The notes under the pieces were generated by a model, which was not told the DNA's origin, made no database searches, and was given only the letters and a program-made list of their open reading frames with translations. Shown here one piece after another: positions 22,553 to 33,637 of a stretch of DNA of 64,000 nt; the first letter of the stretch is position 1, and each line of letters opens with the position of its first letter. This stretch comes from Plasmodiophora brassicae (Eukaryota). A program made the position numbers and the translations under genes. The stretch lies in assembly GCA_036867785.1 (NCBI GenBank), contig CP145428.1, positions 124,001-188,000 of the forward strand, written 5' to 3'.

Positions 22553-25500
22553 CTGAACATGATCCATTCGCCGCAGCATCCTGTCATCCTCGGCCTGCCG
22601 TGGTTGGCGGATACAAACCCTGACATCGATTGGCGGAGCCACCGTCTCCAGCATCGCGGCCCTCGCATCGCGGGGATCTCAATCCCGGCAGGAGACCTCC
22701 CTGCGTCTACGCATGCAGTTGATTCGGCGGCATCAGTCGAAACATTGCCGACTGCCTCAGCATCTGAGGTAGCCGAGGTGGAGGTAATTGCCCTCCCTGA
22801 GTTGGCCTCCGACGACGACGACGACGACGATTACTCCGAGTTCGGGACCGTCCCGGCTGCGGGCGTCGATAGCTCTAGCGCTTCCGTCATCGCTCCCGAT
22901 TGCCTCTCGGAGGTCGCTGTCACTGATACGGTGGCCGCCGGTCACAGTGAACCGCCTGCTGCTGTTGTCGACAGCTCTACCTCTCCCGCCCTCGCGCATG
23001 CCTGCCTCTCCGAGGTCGCTGCCGCTGCTACTGTGGCAGCGTGCCACAACGATCCGTTATTATCGTTCCCCTCGGGCCCCGAGCCGTCGTGCGTCCGGCA
23101 CCGTGGACCCGTCCGTCGAGGGGCGGGACAACGCCTCTCGCCGCCTCGCCCCTCTGGCGGGCTTCGTGGTCGCCACATTATTAATCTTTTGATGACTGCA
23201 TCCTTGGTCGCCCTGGCCTGGGTCCTTGGGTGGACTTATCTTCCATTCACGCGGCTCCCTTCCGGCGCCTCTGCGGAGCCCCTGATCTCGAACGCCGCCG
23301 ACGAGTCCTTCTTTACGCCCCTGGTCTCACCAGACGGTGACCCGGGGTCATCAACCTCGATTGCGTTCGTCAGCGCTGAGCCGTTTCTGGATGCTATCGT
23401 TGACGACGCAGCTTGTTACCTTCTGCATTATACTTGGACCGAACTCGACTCGGACTCAGTCTCCGGGCCTGCGCTTCCTGACGCCTATCGTGAGTTCTCG
23501 GACGTTTTCGCCACTGGCAGCCCGGCGTGCCTGCCTCCTCACCGCGCTTCCGATTGCCCCATCGATCTTAAGCCCGGCAAGGAGCCACCATTTTGTCGGC
23601 TATATGGTCTCTCCCAACGAGAGCAGGTGGCCCTCAAGCAGTATCTGGAAGCCAATTTAAAGTCGAATTTCATTCGCCCTTCCCGTTCTTCGGCCGGTGC
23701 GCCTATTCTGTTTGTACGCAAGAAAGACGGCTCGCTGCGACTTTGTGTCGATTACCGCGGCCTAAATTCTGCCACGATCAAGAACCGGTATCCACTGCCT
23801 CTTATTGACCAACTTCTTGCCAACCTTAGTCGGGCCACGATCTTCACGAAAATCGACCTGCGCAGCGCGTATAATCAAATTCGTATCCGCGAAGGGGACG
23901 AGTGGAAGACGGCGTTTCGCACCCCGTATGGACTCTTCGAATATTTGGTTATGCCGTTTGGCCTCGCAAACGCACCGGCTTCGTTCCAGTCGTTCATGAA
24001 TGATATGTTCAAGGATTACCTCGACCAGTTCGTTGTCGTATATCTGGACGACATCCTTATTTTTTCTGCGAACGTCGCCGATCATGAACACCATGTGCGC
24101 CTCGTCCTGGAACGACTTCGGGCTAGCAGTCTTACCGCTAAAATGGAGAAGTGTGTTTTCGGCGCCAAGGAGGTTGAGTTTCTCGGCTACCTCGTTTCTC
24201 GAGACGGACTGCGCCTCGACCCTGCCCGTATCGACACTATCCTGTCTTGGCAACCGCCACGAGATATCCATGGTCTCCAAGTATTCTTGGGATTCGCCAA
24301 TTTTTATCGCAAATTTATTCCTCACTTCGCGGAAATTGCTCTACCACTCACAAACCTGACGCGTGACGGTGTCGCCTTTATCTGGGATGCTGACGCTCAA
24401 GCTGCATTCGGCTCTCTGAAGGTTGCGTTCACATCGGCACCTGTCTTGGGCCATTTCGATCCTCATCAACCGTGTGATGTTTGCCATCGCTATGGTCCTT
24501 TCGCAAAAGGGCGGCGCAGATGGGGAGTTGCACCCGATCGCCTACTTCTCGCGGAAGCTGATTGCTGCCGAGATTAGCTATCCCATTTACGACAAGGAAC
24601 TCCTGGCGGTTGTGGAAGCGTTCACTAAGTGGCGGCAGTTCCTCGACTCAGATCAGCACCAAACGGTCGTGCATAGCGACCATCGTAACCTCGTCCACTT
24701 CATGTCTACCCACAAGTTAAACAGACGTCAGGTTCGCTGGTCTCAACTGCTTAGCGAATTCGATTTCGTGATTCATCATCGTCCGGGGCGACTTCATGGG
24801 AAGCCGGACGCCCTCACTCGTCGTCCGGAATACCAACCTTCGCCTGGTGACGAAGAAATTCTAGCAATGTCTCAACAGCTGCTTCCACCGCATCGCTTCT
24901 TCCGCCCGGACCCAGCTATTCTCTTTCTCCAGACCGGTACATCAGGCATCTCCCTTGTCGAACGTATTCGTCGCGAACAAGCCGATGACCCCTTCGTCCA
25001 GAAGACGTTATTATCGCTGGACGGGCCTCGTGGACGACGTTTCTGCGTTGCCGATGGTCTCTTATACAACGGAACCGCTCTCGTCGTCGCTGGTGAGGCC
25101 TGCAAGCTGGAAGTTCTGCACAGCCTTCACGACAACGTTACCGCCGGTCATTTTGGGGTTCGCAAGACATTGCAGCTCGTCAAGCGCGAGTTCTGGTGGC
25201 CCAAGATGTCCTCGTTCATCAAGTGTTACGTGGCGACCTGTGACACGTGTCGCCGCGTCAAACCTCCTCGCCATCGACCATCCGGCCTGCTACTTCCGCT
25301 ACCAATTCCAACCGCTCTCTGGTCCTCCATCTCAATGGACTTTATCGTCAAGCTCCCCTCCTCCCGCGGCTATGACTCTGTACTGGTCGTGGTCGACCGT
25401 TATTCGAAGATGGCAAACTTTGTGGCGTGTCGAGAATCCATTTCCGCGGATCAGCTTGCCGATCTGTTTCTTCAGAACGTGTTCCGTCTGCATGGCCTGC

Positions 25501-27053
25501 CCGACGACATTGTCTCGGATAGCGGACCCCAGTTCGTATCGTTGTTCTGGAAGCACCTCCTATGCCGTCTCGGCGTTGAACGCCATCTGTCATCATCCCG
25601 CCATCCCGAATCTGATGGCCAGACCGAGCGCGTCAACCAGATATTAGAGCAATACCTTCGCTGTTATGTGTGCTACCTGCAAGACGACTGGGAGCCATTA
25701 TTGCCGCTGGCCGAATTCTCTTACAATAACGTCGACCATTCGTCCACTGGAATGTCTCCCTTCTTCGCGAACTACGGCTACCACCCTCAGCTACGCGACC
25801 CTCGTCCTTGCAAACACGGTAGCTCCAATCCCTCTGCCGATGAACGCGTGGAGAACTTGACGGCCATTCGCCGTTACCTACACCGCCAACTGCATCGTGC
25901 TGTCAGCACCATGAAACGAGCTGCGGATCGGAAACGCCGACCTCATCCCGACTTCAAGATCGGGGAGTTGGTCATGCTCCGTCGAGGGGCAATTGCGACT
26001 GGCCGGCCATGCGGTAAGCTGGATGTCCAAATGCTCGGGCCTTTCGAAGTTAGTCGCATCGTTAATCCGGTCGCCTACGAACTCCTGCTCCCGGCATCCT
26101 TCCGCATCCACAACGTCTTCCACGCATCCCAACTGGAACCGTACGTCCCGAACGTGATACCCCATCGTGTGCAGCCTCCGCCACCCCCGATTCTGCTCGA
26201 CGACGACGACCAACCGCTGTTCATCGTGAAGGAGGTCCTGGACTCTCGATACCGTGCTGGTAAGCTGCAGTATTATATCGACTGGGAAGGGTACCCTGCA
26301 TCCGAGCACCTGGGAACCCGCCTCCAACTTGCAGGGCACCGGCGGATTCGATCGCCTGCTCGCGGCATTCCACGCTCGGTACCCAGACAAGCCCGGACCC
26401 CGTCTTCGACGCCCGTAAAAGGGGACTATTATGTCACGGTCGAGTCGCTGTCTTGGCGACTCAGCCGGCACCTAATTGGGCGCAGCGCACTACTACAATA
26501 AACGTCCACGGCGTTGGACCGACCTCAGTCGGTCAATCCATGTGGTTGACACATCTTGCTCTGTCGTCACAGGTCGGATATCAGCACGGATTTGTTCTTC
26601 GTTCTGGGTGGTGTTGGTGATCTTGGCGTGTTTGTTAGATGTATAGGCACTTTTTGTCCTTTGCAGACTTGAGAATGTTAATCATCTCGTCTTCATATTT
26701 CCAGAGGGCTTCTGTGAAGGAGTTTTTCCATAGTCTCGCGTATACGTCGCGTTCTTGTTGTAGTTTGTGGTGCAATGCGGTGCAGTGCAGGAGTTGATGC
26801 TCAATGGTTTCGGTTGCGTTCCCGCAGGCCGGCATTGAGATGACTCTCCGGCCATGTCTTGCAATTGGCTAATGTTATAGAGGTGCTGCCGTGCGCCGCA
26901 GTGTCCCGAGCGGGCGCGATTCAGCAGGGGGTGGGTATGGATTTTTCTGCTGTCGTATGCTATGTTTTTTTGCGTCGTCTCGATATCGTTGTCGGTTGGG
27001 AATTTCATCCCATTTGCTTTCTTTGAGGTTGTTCTTTAGATGATCTTCTAATC

Positions 27054-30000
27054 TGTCACGACTGAGTCGTGTTGGCGACTCAGCCGGCACCAAATTGGGC
27101 TCCTTCGTCGTAGCGCACTAGGTACAATAAACGTCCACGGCGCGGACCGACCTCAGTCGGTCAATCCGTGTGGTTGACTCATCGTGTTCGGTCGTCACAT
27201 TTTGACCGACTAACCTTCTGTCGTCGTCTTGTCTCGACTCGTATCGTATTGTGCCGTATCGTATCGTATTGTGCCGTATCGTATCGTATTGTGCCGTATC
27301 GTATCGTATTGTGCCGTATCGTATCGTATTGTGCCGTATCGTACCGTGCCGTACCGACTAACCTTCTGTCGTCGTATTGTCTCGACTCGTTTCGTATTGT
27401 GCCGTATCGTATCGTATTGTGCCGTATCGTACCGTGCCGTACCGTTTCTATCGTTGGTACTGTATTGCATTCATGGCAGGAGGCGATGGGTCGATTCCGT
27501 CATTGGCGGACGACGTCCCATCGTCCGCGAATCCGGATGTTGCGGGTGCGTCGGATTTTGCTCTCGGTCCCCTGTCGCATCTGCACTTCGCGCGGGGTGT
27601 TCTGCCACTGGCGAATCATCTCCCTGCACGACCGCTCACCCCGCCTTCGCTCACTAGTACCGCTGCCGATTGGCCCGACGACTCTCTGTCCTGTTCGGAC
27701 CCTCACTCCCCGCCTGCCTTATCGTCCCTACACGTTTCTGCCGCCTCGACGTCTCTGCAGGACCCCGGCGGCGCGCCTCGGCATGACCCTGTCTCCTCGA
27801 CGTCGCAGCATATTGGCGCTTCGTCCGTTGGGGCTCGGGTGCCGGCGCCACGGGTGTCTCCGGGCCTACCCTTAACGTCTATTGTTGTCCAGTCACAAGA
27901 CATTCCGCGTTTTTCGGGAAGCGATGGTCTGTCGACGACGCGTTGGTTGACTGCGTTCTCTCGGATCACCCAGACATCGTTAACGTCTACAAGTCCTCTA
28001 TCCGGCGATGTGCAATGTGTCTTAACGACAGCCTTGCAAGGTCAGGCCCTTGAGACTTACCTCGACTTGCCTGCGGACGCGTCTATGGCGGACGTAGCGT
28101 CCGTCCTGCTCCATGACTTCCCGGGACCTTCGTTCAAGCAGGTTGAAGCGCAGTTTGACAACATGAAGCAGACTGCAGGTGTCGCTCACCACGCACTGGC
28201 ATTCCAACGCTTGTACAAGCACCTTCAACGGCTTGACCCATTTGTACAGACTCAATCCGGCCCGCTTGGCGGAAAAGTTCCGCCTCTCGTTGAACCCTGC
28301 GCTCTCCGAAGCGCTGTTCTTCTACAACTTCAGAGACTACGACAAAGTTCTCGAGATGGCGGTTCATCTTGAGTCGAAATACCCAATCGCCGCCATCAAC
28401 GCTGGCGGTGATGCAGGGGCACAACGCCTGGCTTGCCACTATTGTCGCGAAGTTGGGCATTTTATTGCGTCCTGCCCGAAGAGGCCACCGTGCCCGCACT
28501 GTCATAAGGTTGGCCACCGCTCATCGCTGTGTCCCGAGCGGACCGGCAACCCTCTCCGCGTCACTGATCTGTTCCTTATGACGTCTCCCTCAATACCGCA
28601 TCTATTGGTATCGGTACGCCTCGTTATCGGCTCACGCCGTGTCAACACTATCGCCCTGTTAGACTGTGGTGCGACTTCCAACTTCATCGACTGGTCGTTC
28701 TGTCGTCACCATGAAATACCGGTTCGCTCTAAATCGCGTGCCATTCCTGTTCGCGTCATCGACGGGCGACACCTGTCTCCAGTAACTCAGGAAACCGTCC
28801 CGCTACGTGCTACCGTCGGCGGATGTTTCGACAGCGATGTCGTCCTGAACATGATCCACTCGCCTCAACACCCTGTCATTCTTGGGCTGCCTTGGTTGGC
28901 GGATACAAGCCCAGATATCGATTGGCGTCAGCGCCGCCTACAGCGCCGCGGAGATACCCTCGTGGGGATCCGTACAGGAGACGTCCATGAGTCTGGGTCC
29001 TTCGTCTCTTCGGCGGGAACAGGAGACGTCCATGGGTCTGGGTCCTTCGTCTCTTCGGCGGGACCATTTGCAACAGTAAAGCGCAAGGATAGTCTCTCAG
29101 CTGGGGTCTCACCTCCTGCACGAAGCGTTCCTGCGCCTGCGTGTGCCATCCCTTCAGCTGAATCACTCGAAACGTTGCCGCTTACATCCGTGTTTGTCGA
29201 CGGCAAGCTGGCTTCCGTAGCTAATGACGACCACCCGGAGTGCCACATTGCCACTGCTGCCGTCGACGACAGGCCGAGTCCTTCCGCTTTCGATTATGGT
29301 ATCCCGGGGGTCGCCGCCTTCAATGACACTGTTGCCACCAGCCGCACCGATCTCTTATCATTGCCCCGTTCAGGCTCCGAGTCCACGCCCCTTATGTCCT
29401 CCTTCCGGAACTGGGGCCCCGTTCGACGAAGGGTGAAACGGTCTCTCCCGCCGCCTCCCTCCAATGGTGGCTTCCGAGACGGCCACAGCCTCAATCTTCT
29501 GATGTTCGCAACCTTTGTCGCCCTGGCCTGGATCCTAGTTGGGTGGCCGTATTTTCCAATAGCACAGCTGTGTACGAGCGCCTCTGCGGAGCCCCCGCCC
29601 TTGAATGCGCCCGCCGAGTCCTTCTTTGCACCTTTTGCTACGTTAGAGGATGACCAGGCCTCATCAACCTCGATCGCGTTTCTCAACAACGATCTCATGT
29701 TCTTGGACGCCGCCGCACGTGCGTTTGCCCACAAGCTACATCGACGACAGATTCGTTCACCCCAATTCCTTAGCGAAGTTGATTTCGTTCATTGGACACC
29801 TGACGCCCTGACTCGTCGACTGGAGTACACACTGTCGCCTAATGATGAAGCAGTTCTTGCTAGGCCTCACCAAATGCTTCAACCCAGACAAGCCCGCAGC
29901 CCGTTCCCGGTGCGGCTAGAAGGGGACTATTATGTCACGACTGAGTCGTGTTGGCGACTCAGCCGGCACCAAATTGGGCTCCTTCGTCGTAGCGCACTAG

Positions 30001-30078
30001 GTACAATAAACGTCCCCGGCGCGGACCGACCTCAGTCGGTCAATCCGTGTGGTTGACTCATCGTGTTCGGTCGTCACA
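27054..30078 (+). mobile_element. Non-autonomous Gypsy family B element (gag + protease; RT and IN deleted)
   Basis: 146-bp LTRs at 27054-27199 and 29933-30078 with one mismatch, TSD TAATC, PPT AGAAGGGGA. Gag and LLDCGAT protease are homologous to family A; only scraps of RH and the chromodomain end remain. Confidence 0.95.
27239..27445 (+). repeat. Tandem 20-bp repeat (TCGTATCGTATTGTGCCGTA)n in the family B leader
   Basis: About five consecutive units followed by a second shorter block. Confidence 0.9.
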
Positions 30079-31189
30079 TAATCGGTCGGCTGCCAGGCGT
30101 CTCAAATGGAGTTTGTAGGAGGATATGAATGGGGAGTGTTCTACTCCGCATAGTCCTTTCTTGGCCGCCCGTTTGGCCAGTTTGTCGATTTCTTCGCTGT
30201 GCCCTATTTCAAGGAATTTCCTTCTGCGGGGGGTGGCGGAGTCCGAGTCTGAGTCATCGTCGCTGCTGCTATCAGAGTCGTTGGGCTCGCTGGGCTCTAT
30301 TTGGATGGGGTGGGTTTTGTCTACGTAGGCGGGTATTGGATTCTCACTGCTACTGTCCGTGTCGGAATGGTCGTAGTTGGTAGGAGAGGGCGGTGTCTGG
30401 TTTTGGATTTCTTTCAGTGTAAGACACGGGGGTTGCGAGTTGGCACAGTCATTCATCTTTTCACCGTCTGCTTCCGATAGGTCCTTGCGGTTTTCTACAG
30501 GTGTTCTCGGTTATGGTTTTGTTTCTGCACTGGGCTCAGGTCTTGTGTGCTTCCGCAGTCGCTTTGTGCTTCGGTGTCGTCCGTGGTTTCCCAGCGGGCT
30601 GCTCGGAGCTGGTTCGTCTTTCGGTAATGGCCAATGGGACGTGGCTAGGGATGAAGTGTACGTGTACCTCATTGTTGTTCGCTACCAGTTGGGCCAGTTT
30701 ATCTGCGCAGGCTGCCACCTCGTCATGTACCCTGTTGGGTCTTGTTGGGAGGGCCTGTAGTTGTCTGATCCTCGATAAAGAGTCCGAAAATATGTGTACT
30801 TTGGTGTCTTTGACGTCTTGTTCGGCGGCTGTGTCCAGGCCACATCCTAGTAATGAGTTCCGTCTCGTAACTGGATTGCACTATGATGGAGCTAAGTGCA
30901 GTTTCCCTTCCTCTGTAGGCGGGTCGGTCCTGTTATCAATATACAGGGCGGCTGCCCCTGCATTTTCTCCCGGTGTAAGGCTTCCGTCAGTCCATATTTC
31001 TACTGGTGCTTCTTGCGGTAGTAGTTCCCCTGCAAGGTGTTTGTCTATAGCCTCTGCTCTAGAACTTGTGTGGAATTGGACTCGGTAGAGGTTTTCTAGT
31101 ATCTGCTCGTCGATTTTTACTTTCGGGTGGACGTCCGTGTACGCTCTGGGCATGTATTCAGAGAGGGTATTTTCCATTATTTTGGGCAA

Positions 31190-33637
31190 CGTTCAGGAAA
31201 ATAACCCTCCCTCAAGGCAAAATAAAGCGCAGGCAACCAGCAACCAGGCAGGCAACCAGGTTGTCAACCAGGGACCGCAAGCAACCATGGGCCGCGCAAT
31301 CACTCGGAGTGCGTCGCGGATTGGGAACCCTCAGCCTGTCGCTCGAGCCGCCTCCCCGACCGGTGATTCGCACGCCTTCGCCATGGCACGGCAACGCGAT
31401 CGGCGCCGTCCCCGCACGAAACGTCACCGGCTGCCGGCGTCCCAGGTTGAGGCCATCAACGCGCTCGCGGAATCCGGTGTCCTCGCCGCCATGAATCGGT
31501 ATGGCTTGGCCATTCTCAACGAACCACTCAACTTGTTCGAGAGGACGGGCACCGGTGTGGAGAACACCAAGAGGGCTTACGCGAAACACTGGAGAGGCTT
31601 ATCGACGTTCTTTGCTGTCATTGGCGACTACGACTCGATGCTGATTCTGGATCCGCGTATCGCCAATGACGCCGCGTGCCCGTCGATGAAGCTGGACAGC
31701 ATCCGGTTGTATTTGGACTACAAGCTGCTCCCACCGGGGACCCCGATGTTCGGTGCATCTGGACGAGCATTGCATACGGCAACGGGCGAACAGCTGATCG
31801 CTGAGGGCGGGTGGAACGACCCGAAGATCTGCGAGCAACTGGGCAGCGCCGTCTTCGCCATCCATGTCGAGCGTGGGCACACTGGCGACTACTTGGAGCC
31901 ATGTTCGAACTGCGTCGCTCTATATGCTGACGACCGTTCGACGCCTGGCTGCGAACGCCATCAGTATTGTCGACGGATTTGGCGATCTGGCAATCCGCGT
32001 CGACATCCTGACATGGGCAAGGCGTTGCAGCGTCAGGCTCGAGCACATGCCGCCTACGTCCCGCAGGGCGACAGCGCGCTGTCGCCATTCGAAGTCGCTC
32101 GCCTTCGGAACTACGTGTTCGAGTATGGTGGCAATGACTGGAGACACCTGGGGATGTACGCCATGTTCCGGATCGGTATCGACCTGGGCCTTCGTTCTGA
32201 CGAGCTGTGCTCGATTCGGTATGATGACTTCCTACCGGCGCTGACGACGGTCCGTGACGATGGGGTCGTTGAGTCCCTTGGAATCAAGGTCTTCGGCAAG
32301 GACCAGAAGTGGCGCACTCGAATCCTGTTCCGGAACGACGCGATCCCATCTCTGTGTCCCGTGCGACATCTGTTGGGTTATATCGCGGCGTTCTCCATCA
32401 AGGAGGAGTATATCTTCCGTGATGATCCTGCAGATCCATCGAAACCGATCTCTTATGACGCGTTCAACAATTGGGTCAGCGACACTTGCTCTCATCTGTT
32501 CGAGCGAGGTGGCCCATGGGGGACACACGTCATGCGCAAGTCCCATTACCATGACGGCCGATGGCGTGGCGCATCGTTCGGGGACCTGATGAAGTCCGCT
32601 GGTCATACATCGGTCCCCAATGCACTCCGGTATTACCAAGACGCGGACACGGTCTACCACATCGCACTTCTGAACCCTCAAGTGAAGCAGTTCACAACGA
32701 TGATGTCGCCATGGCGCTCTACCCACATTGACAATTTCAGCATGGCGGCTGCACATGCTGCCGGATCCAGGACCACAACCACGTTGTTCGATCTCGCGGA
32801 CCGGATGTCCAACGACCTGGATCTGTACTCAGAGGAGAATGTCACGCTGCGTGTCTTTGGGGAGAAGTTGCTTCAGAACCCGTCGACTAACAGCGTTGAC
32901 CAGCAGATCGATGAGCTGCTGTCGAGTGTTCCGGCGGACAAGGCCGAGCAATTGCGTGCGTTGATCAGCAAGAAGTTGTTGGAGGTCGCGACGTCAGTCC
33001 AAGCACCTGCTCCCCACAATGCCGTTGCTGCCGCCGTCGATGGCAGTGTTGCTGGCGGTGCTGAATCAGGTGGGCAAGCGTGTCACGATACCATGAATGG
33101 ACAAGCAAGCGCCCAACGGAACGGTGGGTCTGTGCCGCAAGCGAATATTCCGCCGGAAGCGCCGCTGCCGAACCCTGTCGCCAAACGTCGCGGGGGGACC
33201 TTCGATGCGCCATCCCGTGGTTTGCTGAAAGATTGCGGCAGTGCCAGGGAACGGCTGGACATCGTCCTTCGTGTTGCTGATGAGCTCAAAGAACGGCAAT
33301 CAAAAGAGCTGACAGAAACGTGTCGGCAGTTTCAAAGTACAGCGGTGAAGCCTGTCATCGCCTGCTTCCAGCGGCATCACGGGTCCAATCCTGAGGCGTT
33401 TCTGGCGCAATGGCCAACATTCTTTCCGTCCCGATTCGCCTACAAGTGTTGCGACGCGTCTACCGACGATTGCGGTACTATCAAGTCGAACGCCAGGTCT
33501 ACAGGGTCCTAACGCCCATACATACACAGTCAGGCATGTCACCTTGTGTTGCACCATTTATAGCGGGATTGATCCTCGGACTAGTGTACGCGCATTTTTT
33601 GTGACCGCAAGCAACCACGTTCAACCACCCTCGTTAC
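31190..33637 (+). mobile_element. Tyrosine-recombinase DNA transposon (Crypton-like), 2448 bp, inserted in the LINE
   Basis: Flanked by GGCAA direct repeats (31185-31189, 33638-33642). No TIRs, LTRs or RT. Removing it restores the LINE reading PYLPKIMEN. Confidence 0.88.
31287..33512 (+). CDS. Tyrosine recombinase (741 aa from ATG 31287), intronless and uninterrupted
   Basis: Catalytic set GLRSDEL (R), GKDQK (K), LCPVRHL, THVMRKS (HxxR), AGH (H), ALRYYQ (Y). Also a Cys/His cluster CSNC..CERHQYC and a distinct C-terminal domain. Confidence 0.9.
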   Translation: MGRAITRSASRIGNPQPVARAASPTGDSHAFAMARQRDRRRPRTKRHRLPASQVEAINALAESGVLAAMNRYGLAILNEPLNLFERTGTGVENTKRAYAKHWRGLSTFFAVIGDYDSMLILDPRIANDAACPSMKLDSIRLYLDYKLLPPGTPMFGASGRALHTATGEQLIAEGGWNDPKICEQLGSAVFAIHVERGHTGDYLEPCSNCVALYADDRSTPGCERHQYCRRIWRSGNPRRHPDMGKALQRQARAHAAYVPQGDSALSPFEVARLRNYVFEYGGNDWRHLGMYAMFRIGIDLGLRSDELCSIRYDDFLPALTTVRDDGVVESLGIKVFGKDQKWRTRILFRNDAIPSLCPVRHLLGYIAAFSIKEEYIFRDDPADPSKPISYDAFNNWVSDTCSHLFERGGPWGTHVMRKSHYHDGRWRGASFGDLMKSAGHTSVPNALRYYQDADTVYHIALLNPQVKQFTTMMSPWRSTHIDNFSMAAAHAAGSRTTTTLFDLADRMSNDLDLYSEENVTLRVFGEKLLQNPSTNSVDQQIDELLSSVPADKAEQLRALISKKLLEVATSVQAPAPHNAVAAAVDGSVAGGAESGGQACHDTMNGQASAQRNGGSVPQANIPPEAPLPNPVAKRRGGTFDAPSRGLLKDCGSARERLDIVLRVADELKERQSKELTETCRQFQSTAVKPVIACFQRHHGSNPEAFLAQWPTFFPSRFAYKCCDASTDDCGTIKSNARSTGS

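Larger units (their letters stand above)
19750..26571 (+). mobile_element. Ty3/Gypsy chromovirus family A, copy 1 (full length, mutated, two nested inserts)
   Basis: 140-bp TG..CA LTRs at 19750-19889 and 26432-26571 differing at one base, TSD GGTCG, PPT AAAAGGGGA. Gag with two CCHC knuckles, PR LLDCGAT, RT YLDD, RH, IN, GPF and chromodomain. A 20-bp deletion at ~24480 removes the RNase H ETDAS motif. Confidence 0.97.

Noticed and set aside
27239-27445. CRISPR-like array
   Set aside because: Units are head-to-tail with no unique spacers and there are no cas genes. It is an LTR-element leader repeat.
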